Assembly (NCBI GenBank): GCA_020891255.1
Contig: BQFW01000001.1
Coordinates: 2,232,001 to 2,296,000 of the forward strand
Length of the DNA: 64,000 bases
Source: Entomortierella parvispora E1425
Taxonomy: Eukaryota; Fungi; Mortierellomycota
Direction: 5' to 3'
Shown here one piece after another: positions 11,556-23,191 of this stretch. Under the pieces are notes generated by a model. The model searched no databases and was not told the DNA's origin. It worked only from the letters and a program-made list of their open reading frames with translations. Each line of letters opens with the position of its first letter. Position 1 is the stretch's first letter. Position numbers and translations under genes: made by a program.

Positions 11556-14500
11556 TCACAGTGATATGGGCGAGGCCCCTTTGATTGGGTTTCCAACTCC
11601 ACTTGGGCTCCCCCCACTATAAGAAATGGCGGGAGATCGCTCTGGTATCCGAATTGGACCCATCATAGACGAAGAAGAGGAAGGGTTGGATGTAGAAAGA
11701 CCTTGGGGTCCCCCTCCTCCATAGAAGGACTGGTGTTGCGCTCGTGGTTGCTCAATCAAAACCGGCACGGAGTGCTCTCTTGCAACGCCATTAGCATGGA
11801 GGCTTGGCGTATGACTTTCAGTGTATGCGGCATGAATGGCACCTCCTCTGTCCTCAGAAGCTAGCTCTTGCCCCAGTGCAGAGAACGAGGTCGGAACGGG
11901 TTCACCTCCTGATTCTCCTCCCTCAATCAATTGGTGGACTTTGGAGGGGCTGGCGGGATCCGCCTCAGAGTCTTCTTGGTAGAGATCTCCGAAAGAGTGA
12001 GATTTCTTGACCTTGGTCTTGACCAAGTTTTCACAACGCTTGAGAATGTCCTTTGAGGAAAGATCTGTTGACGACTCGACCAAGTCCTGATCGTTCAAAA
12101 TCGTGGATAAATCAGCAGGGACCTATTGAGCGTAACAGGATATCATAGATAAAATAAATGTCAGGGACTAAGGTATAAAAAGAAGAGCACTGCCCATCAA
12201 ATGAGAGTGTGGACAAAATTCTCTTACCACACAGAAGTCATCCTGATACTCCAAAAGACCCATGACAGCCTCGATGGCCAAAAAGCTTTCGTCCTTGATA
12301 GGATCCTTGGATTTGGAATAGAGCACGTTTGGAGTGATTACAGTTGCAAGGTTATGAAGGTCCATCTTGCTGCCCGTTTCCTCATCCACATGAGAAAAGG
12401 AAGCCACCCAACGGAGAAAGAGACAGACAGCCTCCATGCTGTCGCGGTTGGCTTTGGGCAAGAGACAGCACGTCAAGTGCAGGATCATTTTCCTAATTGC
12501 TTCATCTTCCACCTCTGAATAGACATTGTGGTTAGAATTTTACAAGACATGCAATAGTACAGGTCCACATATTCATCCGATTGTTCTTCAAATACTCACT
12601 TTGAGAAACCACAAACAGCCGATGCAATTTGAACGTCAAAAGAGGATCGGGCAGGTCACGTAAAAACTTCTTCAGCAAGGCTGCCACCTGAACAGGATTA
12701 TCTTCTGTCAAGTTCACGGAGGACGGATCCTTGTCAATGGCTTCACTCAGCTCCTTGAGACGACGAATGTTGCCGTTCTTCCTGAACACGCCCTCGATCG
12801 ACATGTCTAAAAATATGTCAAAATAAATAATAATTAGTGATTGATACCCTGCTCAGACGTCTCATTCAAATAACATCGCCTTGATTGTCTCTAAAAGGCG
12901 AAAGAACTTACCCATATTTCGCATAGCTGAAATGCTGTCGTCAACGAAACTTGGGATGCGAATCCTGCCTGGTCCAGCACCTAAAGCCGAGTCCACGCCA
13001 TTCCTCTCGACCAACACCTCCAGTGGAACACCGAAGGTTCCTTCGACTAATAGATATCATTCATGGTGTGAGTAAAAGCTGGACACGACTCGTTTGAAAT
13101 GGCTGGATTGTCTTCACTACAAAAGGCAACTTACCTTTTGTCTTTTTCTTGTCTGTCTTCAAGCCTTTCACAAATCGTCCCCAGAGCGTTTGCTTGCGCT
13201 GTCCAATCAAATCCAAAAGCTCTTCCAGTGTAAAGTACTCTGAGACAACAGGTGCCAGCGTCAACACAGCCAGATGCTTCACAATAAAGAGTTCAAGCGC
13301 TGACAGCTCACTCAGATACTGTCTCTTTGGATGACGTGCTGCATTGGTACCGTCGGCGGCAGTTAGGTGTTGCGAGCCCTGCAATGATGTATGTCCAGAA
13401 CGATTCCGAAGAGACGAGGTGGACGACCGGCCACTGACTGCGCCATTGATCCGAAGTCGATCGGTCAAATCGGATAGTGTCGGCGGTGCAGGTGTCCGGC
13501 TCCGTCCTCCTTCAGCGCGAAGATTGTCATCATCCTCACCCAAAGCCTCTGATTCGTCAATGATCTCAAACTCCATCGAGAGTTCGGCGTCTGCTAAATC
13601 TTCATTGTCCAGCTCGCTGTTGGCGTTCTCTTGAAAACTCCGATCCAAGGGTGGGGGACGCCTTCGCTGGTGTTCGATTACAGTTTGTCGTCTTGGGAAT
13701 CGTGCAGAATTAGATAGCTTTCTATCCAAATGTGTCGACTTGACACGTTTGATATCGCCTAGATGGATTGCTTCATACTGTCTATGGTCGTCAGACGAAT
13801 ATGACTTTGAGCGCGAGTCTTTGCGGATGAGTCCCTGCGGTGCAAGTGGATCTGCAGTTCCTGATGAATTGAGGTGGCGCCCTCGCAAGCCGTCTGATTC
13901 ATGCATCGAGTCATCACCTAGGCGGATCAAGAAATCATTCGTCAATAAATGAATAGCACGTTGCATATGGCGTACAGTGGCCTCTATCTCCACTCTATCA
14001 GACCATACCTTTGAGATGAAGCAGGTTCTCTAGGCGAATCAAGGCGACTCGAAGGAGAAAGGTATATTGCTCCAGCTTGGTGACGTGAGAGAATCCTGCC
14101 CGAGCTTCCGGCGTCTTGCACTGTTGACACAACACAGCTCCACGGGTTGAATCAAAAAGGGCATCGTAATATAGGGCCGCAAGTGGTTTTGCACAGGATG
14201 AGCACATTAAGCACTTTGGATGCCATCGATGATGATGATCGAACGTGAAACACTCGTCCTCAATGGTCACACGGCAAGACAGACACAGGTCGGAAGTCAC
14301 CTCAGCATCCATAGCCCCCTTGCCGTGAAGATCCTGAAGACACTTGTCCTTGTTGGCGAGTTCCATGAGCTTGTTCAAGAATCGAGCAATGACGGTTTTG
14401 GAATGATAGACGCGCTCCAGCTTGAGCGCGCAGGTGAGAGCAATACGAATCAGAATCTTGAGATAATGGGCGAGTCCAGTAACGAGTGAAAGCAATTCCT

Positions 14501-16464
14501 GAGTCATTCCAAGTCTTCGGACGCCACTCTCCTGAGTATGTGAAAGTAATGAAAAGAAGTTGACGATCTTTTTACAAAGCATCTTGGCTTCTCGACCATG
14601 TGCAAGATCTATTATGCCAAGGATAGAGTATAGCCCATCAGTATCAGTCTTTGAATCAACAAATGCCAGAAATAGCCCTTTCGATCAAGCTCCTTCTAAA
14701 ATAACATTACCATTCTGGTCGCCTACTTCCCGCATCTGGGCCTCAAGATCGTCAATGGCCGTGAACAGAATCTCGACGTGCAGAATGAACTTTTCGGCCA
14801 TCTGTACACCGTCATAGTAGGCTCCATTGGACACATGCAGGAGCATTTCCGAGATGCACCCTGCCGACGACTCTTCGAAAGCCGACAGAACGGTCCAGAT
14901 TTGGTATACTTTTTCCTCCATTTGCTGTTGGGCCGCCTTTAATTCTTCTGGTGTTCTTTGCTCCATGCTGGTGCGCGTGGCGATTTCTTCCTGTGTGAGA
15001 GCCTCGTCTTTGTTGGCGCTGTTGGTGTTGTTGTTGCTGTTGTTGTTGTTGTTGTTGTTGTTGTTGCCATCCTGCTCTAGGCGTGACAGGCTCTCTTCTT
15101 CCGGCGGTGCAAACGACAGCTTGACGTTCCAAAACTAGTGGTGGTTGATGACGACAGTTATTGTTAGAGGTAAGTTATATTTGAACAACGATGTCATTCT
15201 GCACCTCGGCGTCCTTGGACAGAAACTTTCTGGAGCAAAAATAATCAGGGCAAAGTTCGAAGCGGCTGTGCAACATACAATATCGCACATTTGCCATGTC
15301 GCACATAAACATTCAAACAGTCCCCCCTCTCCTTCACAAGAAGAATCTTCTAGGGCCGCATTTGTTCCTGGGCTGAAGCAATAACCCCGCCGAAGCTTCG
15401 ACCAGAGAAAAGGAAAAATAGAACAAACGAGACTGCAAAGCCGGCCGCTGGGCTGATGTACGTACCTTGTGGATCATATAGCACTCTGGATGCCAGTGCT
15501 CGTCCTGGCTATTCCGATTAATCTCTACAAACTGCTTCAGAATCGCAGTCCTGCAGCCTGCACACTTGACAGCGTAGCAAAGGGAGTAATGGTAATGACA
15601 AAACACTTGACCATCATGTTCATAGTACGAGTCCTGGGGTCCAAAAACGGTTGGGCAGACGGAGCAAGAAAAGTGCTCGATATGGTACTTGTTTTCCAGC
15701 GCCGTAATGTAACTTCCCCTCAAGGCCTCGCCACAAGAGTGGCAGACCAGGTTCAGGCGCCTAAAGTAATCGCGCTCACAGAGAGGGTGCTGCTTGCCGT
15801 CGGCCTCCTTGATGGGAAAGAACTTCGAAGCGACGATTTGACCACAATCCTAAAAGAGGCAAGGCATGGAATTCGGGGTCAGAATGGTCCGTTCGCATCC
15901 ACGCTTGGCTTGGCGTGCAGCTGCAAGATGAATGCTGTCCAGAGACTCGGATCCATCAGCGCCGACGACCACATGGTCTTCATCGCTGAATGCGCACGCA
16001 TTGGTGTATTCAGTTCAATGTGGTTCATCAATTACCAAGCACTTGAAACAATCGAGATGGTAGGTGGCGCCTAATGCGCGGACAAAGGACCCTTGCATCT
16101 GCAGCTCACATTTGCCGCACTTTTGGACTGCAGGGGCCAGTTCGGGCGGTGGTGGCGAGGACGAGGTCTGGATAGGATGGCTTTGCAACCTAGGCTGGTT
16201 TGTCTGCTGGGGGAAGGACTCCATGGTGAGATCCCGTGATGACCTCTTCCTTTGTTGCAACTGCTGGTGTTGACTGTGATGTTGTTGCTGTTCGTGGTTT
16301 GGGTATGTTTGGCTGTGAGCGTGTGGTTGAGTTGGTGTAGGTTGCTGAAGCGGTGGGGATGGTAGTGATGAAGAAAGGGATGGGTTATCGGCCATGGCGG
16401 CGGCAGTCGAGGTGGAAGTGGTTAGCGTAAGGTCAGGATGGGCTTGTGGCAGGGGATGTGGCAT
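11556..16464 (-). CDS. LRG1: LIM-domain Rho GTPase-activating protein (Lrg1/Rga1-like)
   Basis: LIM domains (CGKCE...YHLDCFKC; HFSCSVC...CHYHY; CLSC...HHRWHPKCLMCSSC). RhoGAP motifs (EGVFRKNGNIRRLKEL, ALLKKFLRDLPDPLLTF, NRDSMEAV, KMDLHNLATVITPNVL). Start Met uncertain (16464 or 16395). Confidence 0.9.
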
Positions 16465-17297
16465 GCTCTGTTGACAATATGCAAAGGATGAGATGAACGA
16501 GGGTCGAACAAAAGGGGGGAGGACCAACGTGCGCACGCGAGTGAGAGAGGGAAGAGAGATGGAGGGCTGAGGAGGAGAGAGAAAACAGAAAGGGGTTAGA
16601 GAGAGGAATAGGGTGAGAGAACGAAAGCAAAGAAGACGATGGGATGGATGGAGGAATGGACAAGGATGGAGGTCTGCGGCGCCTTTCTTTTTTTTTTTTT
16701 TTTCATTCCTTCACGCTGGCTGTGCCTTGTTCGCAGAGTTTTCCAGTGTAAATACTAAAGTATTCAAGAAAAATACTCCGTCTAAAAAAAAGGTTAATGC
16801 GCCTGGTGCACCACAGCTAATTGACCGACGCTCAGAGACACTGGCCCACAAACAGAACAACATAACATGGACTTCTTCTTACCGTTGTCTTGTCTCGTCT
16901 TTCATCGCTCTGTACGTTCAAAGAGAAACGATTTTTTTATTTTTAGGAAGCCATCAGTGGTTTTTTTTTGCCTGTTGTCTCAACCCGCAAACGCGTTTCG
17001 TGTCACTTTCTCCACTTTTTTTTTGCCTTTCGAACTTATCTCCACAATTCCTTGCAGGGTCCACTCTTCCTCCCTTCTCCACTTTGCATGTCCTTCCCCA
17101 GAGTGAATGATTTTTTTTCTCTCTACTTCCCATTCCATTTTGCATCCCCGGTTTTAATTGAGTAGAGCATGCTGCGTACTCTTGTTCTTTGGTAGGTGTC
17201 CATTCTTCTTCTGCTGCGATCAGTCAAAACTGTTGCTAACGCGGTCATTCTTGCAATCTTCATTCAGAAAACATTTGATTTAGTCGCAATTCGACAA

Positions 17298-19906
17298 ATG
17301 CCAGGAAGCCATCCCTCCAATTCACCCATCGCTGACGCGAATGGTGGTGGTGGTTCCACGGTCAACGAAAACGACACTGGCCACCGTCACCATCGCCATA
17401 CTTATGATCAACGGCAACAGTCTGAATATGTCCAAATCTACGACACCGAGGACCACACTTGGTCGCACGAACATCACCATAATAATCAACTGGATGAACG
17501 TTGGTCTCTTGATTTGGCACGAGACGGAGCCATGGTGAATGATCGTCGATTTGCTGCAGGTGGTTGGGGCGCTGGTGAGGACAATATCGAGGCCGACCCG
17601 TTTCATCAACAACGAGTCAACAATGCTCGAATCGCAGAGTTTGTGAGACCCACCAACACAGCATCCACCTCGATTGACCAGCCGCACACGATCGAGTCTT
17701 ACATTGACTATGAAGACTACCGCTTCATGTTAGCCAGAGTTTCCAGCATCCACCTGAACTCACCAGGATCCGGAAGAGATAGCTCTGTGTCTGATCTGGC
17801 CGATGGCCATACGCACAGTCCATATTCTGTGCAGGTGGAGGAGCTTACTGACAACGGCTCGGACCAGCGTAGTGTTGAGGGAGACGACGTAGCCTTGATC
17901 TTTGACGCCATCATGACCGAGACTGACCGCGGCCAAGACAATCTAGAAGAAACTGCGTCTGAGAACATTTACGACTCACAGCACATTATGGTACACAATC
18001 AGCGTGTGCTTGAGCACCAGATGCTCCGGGCTCGCGCTGACTACAATGAGTCCCCAACCCGCCGCCCTCTCTCCTTCAGTTACATTGACAACAGGGAGAC
18101 CATGGGCGTGCCTCAGTCGTTTGAATCGTTCCACTCAAATACTGCGCCTCTGAATCAAGATGAAGAGCATCCTGCAGCAGCACTGGATCAATACTCGCCA
18201 ACATACGGTTTAGGTGGCTTTCACCAGCAACAGAGCATGTCTATCTCTTCCTCATACTTCTCGCCCAGTACAGAGTCAACGATTGTCCTCTCATCACCAC
18301 CCCCCGGTCGGGTGTCAGGCTCCTTTCCCTATAGTTCTCAATCCACCATACATCCGTACTCGGCAAGGCCTGCCTATACGAACGGTCAATCCGAAGCAAC
18401 TGATTACAGTGTATCTTCGCCAAACCATAACGGTGGTTCATACAGACCCTTTGTAACAGGCAGGGAATTGACAGCCCAGCAACAGCAGTTGCCACTTGAT
18501 CCCCGCATGGCGTGGCCCAGATCAACCAGTCCGTGGGAGGAAGAGTCGTCTGAACACTCATCAGACAATGAGCTTGACATGGATGGGGGTCGAATTATCT
18601 CTGGAACTTCTGAAGGGGGAAGCTGGTCTATATATGGATCAGTAACAAGAAGCAGCTCATTTGAGGAACATCGATACAGACACCACCATCGACAGCAACA
18701 CCATGGGGCCCAGCAAGACGGTACACCTGGTGGTGTGTCTGGAAGTCCCCCAGCGGCATCTGTTTCGGGACTCGGTACAAACCCATTTCTGTCGCGTAGA
18801 CAGCGCCAAGAACCTCTCCGTCGGGGCCCAGTGGCATCCTCATTTCCAGGCAGCGGCATCACGAACATTCCAATTCCCTCTAGATATATCAACCCTCAGC
18901 CATTTAACCACATGCAGTACACTGCGTCGACTGGCTCTCATATTTTTCGCCCCCGCGATATCTCCACTGGATACAGTCATCACAACGGCTATCATCGACG
19001 CGATCCCACGCTTGATTCAAATTTGAACTCTCGAGGTCGATCTGTTCATAGTCAACCACGACCGTATTCTGAAACAATCGAACGAGCTGAAACCGGAGGT
19101 TGGACAGTACCCAACCTTTCCTCGACTGCAGGACCAACATCTAGTCAACAGCGCGACCCTGGACTGGAGTACAGATTGCGGGCAGATATTGGCATGAAAG
19201 AAGTCATCCGCATGGCTTGCCGGTTTTGTGAGACTGTTATTTGCGAGCGTGGAATGAAGGTAAGTGGCTCGATATGGTGTATCACAAAGTGCTACAGTTG
19301 CTACAAGACTCTCATCTTCAATATGACTAGGCACAACTGCTAGCCGACCACACCATTGGCCTCATGTCGACGGACGATGAACCTCATTCGTAAGCATTGA
19401 GCATTTATATGTTGTCCAGGAAGGTGTTTTTGAGCTAACTGAAATCTTCTTCCACCACAGTGTCCAGTTTGTCGGAGAAGAGTACCGACCTACCAATTGC
19501 TACTGCAAGATTATGGACACAGCATGTCTCGTCTGGTGAGTTTCAGGATTTCTCTCCCCTCCGTAGATACGCGTCTAAGCAGTCGCGCAAAATACTCACC
19601 TAGTGCTCTCTATTGGCCATGCCATGAAATAGCGGCAACATCATTGGCTATCATATCACTCAACCGTGCACGAGATGCCTGAATGCCGATAATAATGGAC
19701 ATCACTGGCTCTTTCATCCAGAGTACATTGTCAGCTGCTCTCGTTGGGATCCTCTAACTGAGAAGCCGCTTCGATGGGCCGACCTCCCTTCTCCAGAACA
19801 TGACTTTGATGCTCTAAGTCTTACCAAGGTGCATGTCGGATCGCGCGGCGGACAAGTAATTCTTGGAGGCATGGTTCGCAGAGAATACCATGTCATTTGC
19901 CGCTAA
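17298..19906 (+). CDS. FAM72: FAM72-domain protein with long disordered N-terminus
   Basis: Spliced C-terminus: MACRFCETVICERGMKAQLLADHTIGLMSTD...[43 protein letters not shown]. This matches the FAM72 pattern as recalled (C..C...RGMKA.LLAD...STD...C.C...D.ACL.CGN..GYH...PC..CL...NNGH.W.FH). Confidence 0.85.
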
Positions 19907-20137
19907 ACAGCTTTTACAGACCACCTATATAATAACTATGGCCCTTACCTTTTAAGTTTTACCGCTGGTGTTTCTCGTTGGTGCCGTTGAGAGACTCGTT
20001 TCAGATTTTTTTTTTTTTTTTTTTTTTCCATTCTCGTTCGCCACCAAATTTTTTAGTGTGGCTTTTGAGCTCATTTTTATTTTTCCCAGTAGCGCGCGAT
20101 TCTCCATCTCTTTGTTCCTGTCCCTGACTTCAACACC

Positions 20138-22763
20138 ATGCAATGCGGGAACCCACAGTACCTCGGCTGGATCGAGGAATGGATGGAACATGCCCGAGAA
20201 AACAACAACAAGTCGTACTATATATACCGCAAGGTAAACAGGAATGCCGAGATGCATCATGCTCGCTTTGAGTCTGTTTACTCTTCGCCTTCTCACTCTT
20301 ATTCAATTGCAGGCACACGAATCAATGGCCAAATACCCAACCCGTTTCCAACATCCTAGTGAGGCTCTATGCCTAGCAGGAGTCGGCCCCAAGATTGTGG
20401 GAATGTTGGAATCCAAATTGGCAGCGTATTGCGTGGAGAATGACATTCCTATGCCCAGTATGTGTTCGGTGCCTCATTTTGATGTGACTATTGCATCCCC
20501 ACTATGAAGGTCGTGTCCCCGGTCTAACCACCCCTCCCTCAAAAATCCAATAGCTCCCAGGAAAGGAAAGGCGAAAGCGAAAGCCAAAGCAGATGCACTT
20601 GCCTTTCAAGAGGAGGAAGAGTTAGCAGAAGCGCGAAAGCCAGCAAAGAAGGCCAGAGTCCAAAAGCAATACGTACCAACTTTCAGGTCAGGATCGTACG
20701 CCATTTTGTTGGCGCTACTGGATGTGACAACAGGGTATGGCGAAGGATGCTTGACAAAACACGAGATAACAACCAAAGGACAGGTTTATTGCGACGCCTC
20801 ATTGACCAACCCGGAGCGTGGAAAGTTCTACACCGCCTGGAGCTCCATGAAGACCTTGCTGGGTAAAAATCTCGTGTATCAAAACGGCACAAAGTACTTT
20901 CTCACCAGGGAGGGGATTGAGATTGCAAAGGGCATGAAGGCAGTTGCAGGCGATACTGATCGTGCTATCCGTCGATCGCCAAGCTATGATGAGGATGATA
21001 TGGAGGACCTTCGAGATGCCCCGGCAACAATCTCGCGTCAACTGAGTAAAACGGCAGGAACGTCGGAACCAAAGTGGGGCGCGCAGGATCACAATAGTGC
21101 GGCTTCCTCGTCAGGATCACGGTTAGGCTCCCATTCATCAAATACAATAACCGGCGACCATCAGATATTCGATGCTTGGGACAACGACTACTACGATTAC
21201 AACGACAACGACAACGGCTTCTCTTACGACAATGATGATAATTTTGGGGCATCGTCCAGTATACAGTCTACATCTTGGAAATCGAATGACTCACGGCCAT
21301 CAGTGGGTGATCTGCACCAGCATGTTAACCTCATAAGCGACTCTGAGGACAGCGATAAATACAAGCCTGGAGCGGCGGCCAGCTTTAGCCTTGACAACTC
21401 CTATAGAACGCACGCAGCATCAATGACTAAAAGGAGCAATGGGCTAGAAAGAGCACCGACCGTGGTGCTCCCGAAAAGAGACCTCTTACCGCACCACTCG
21501 GCAGACCGTCCCCGTGCCTCTTCATTAACCAGCCAGCCTTTAGCAAGGATGGCGCTCTCGAAGCACAACCCATTCACCCATCTAAGGACGACATCGTTTT
21601 CGCCATCTGATGGTCCAACCTCTTTTGCTGTGGACATTGCGAAACTGGCCAAATTTCAACCTGTTATCTTTCGGCCTGGAACGTTTGAAGTATGTCTTGT
21701 ACTCGATATCAGAGAAGTTCGCGCACAAAATGATCGTGATTATCTCACCGAGAAGCTCAATGATCGCGGAGTCAATGTCGTTAAGAGAGCCTTGGATATC
21801 GGCGACATGACCTGGATTGCACGACTCCATAACCCGTCCTTGGAAGGAACAGATGAGGTCGTGCTTGATTATATTGTAGAGAGAAAACGCATGGATGATC
21901 TGGTTGCTAGTATCAAGGATGGCAGATACACCGAGCAAAAGGTATTTTACATGACATTACCGTTCTTGAAGGTTGCAATCTGAACTCGAGACTGACTCAA
22001 ACATTTATTTTGGATATGGGGTTGATAAGTTCCGCCTGCGCAGATCTGGCGTGGACCATGTTATTTATCTAGTGGAGACATACAAGGCCGGTGAAACTTA
22101 CGATGTAGGAATGGAGGCTCTCAGGACCGCCATGACCTCTAGTCAAGTCCAGGATGGTTTTTTCTTGAAGCGAACCAACAACACGGATCAAACAATTGAC
22201 TACCTAGTCAGTGTCACAAAGGCCTTGAAGCGGATGCATCTGGTAAGGAAGGAAACACGACCGCCGTCGTAGCTTCATTTTTTTTTTTTTTTTTTTTTTT
22301 TTTTTGGTCCGCACTCTTTTGTCGCATCCACTGACTCTAAATGACCTTCGGTCAATAGGATCAGACACTCTACGCCATACCAGATGAGGCTGTAGATCGA
22401 AGCAATTACCTGGAGTTGCAGAAGCATCTACGTGAACAATACCCTGACCGCGTTTATTTAACCAGCTATCGTGCTTTTGGAACTCTCAATGGAAAGTCTG
22501 ACTCCCTTGTGGTACGCGATGTCTTTGTAAAGATGCTTATGACTATTCGGGGTATCAGTGAAGAAAAGGCAGCCGAGATCGCGAAGACGTTTGGCACCCC
22601 TCGAGCACTATTCTCGCAGCTCGATGACAACTCCGGATTAAAAACACAGGCGGAGAGAAGGAAAGTGCTGACGCTATCTGGATCAAGTATTGGCAGGAAG
22701 AAGATTGGCCCCGCACTCAGTGCCAAGGTGGCAGACATCTGGTTCTCCGACGAGTACTCGTAG
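20138..22763 (+). CDS. MUS81: Crossover junction endonuclease Mus81
   Basis: N-terminal HhH (SMAKYPTRFQHPSEALCLAGVGPKIV). Winged helix (YVPTFRSGSYAILLAL; YTAWSSMKTL). ERCC4 nuclease ([45 protein letters not shown]). C-terminal HhH (MLMTIRGISEEKA; KKIGPALS). Confidence 0.96.
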
Positions 22764-22852
22764 GAACCAAGACAAAAATAAGAATAAAAAATAAAAAAAT
22801 AAAACGATAAAAAATAAATGGCACGTGAGGAAGTGAAGTGTCGCGCTGAGTC

Positions 22853-23155
22853 TGTTGATGGCCAAGACGGTACGATACACCCTTAAGTAGAACCACTATA
22901 TGTAGTTGCTCGCACGGCGTGGCCCTCTGCTCTTTATCCGTCTTATTCCACATTGATCGATACTGACAGAGGCCAGCACGGCGACCCTTAGGTAGCCCTC
23001 TCGTTATTTATTATTACCAATACATGATCCGTCTTATTCCACATTGATCGATACTGACAGAGGCCAGCACGGCGACCCTTAGTCTGATTCTCACTCGTCA
23101 CCTAGGATTGCCATATCCCGCACAGCGCCCCTCAAGCCTGCCCCCGTACGCAACA
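22853..23155 (+). repeat. 5' LTR (303 bp)
   Basis: TGTTGATGGCC...CGTACGCAACA, matching 26527-26829. Confidence 0.95.
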
Positions 23156-23191
23156 GTCTTTTGGTGATCTACGCAGGGGAGGGAAGGGACG

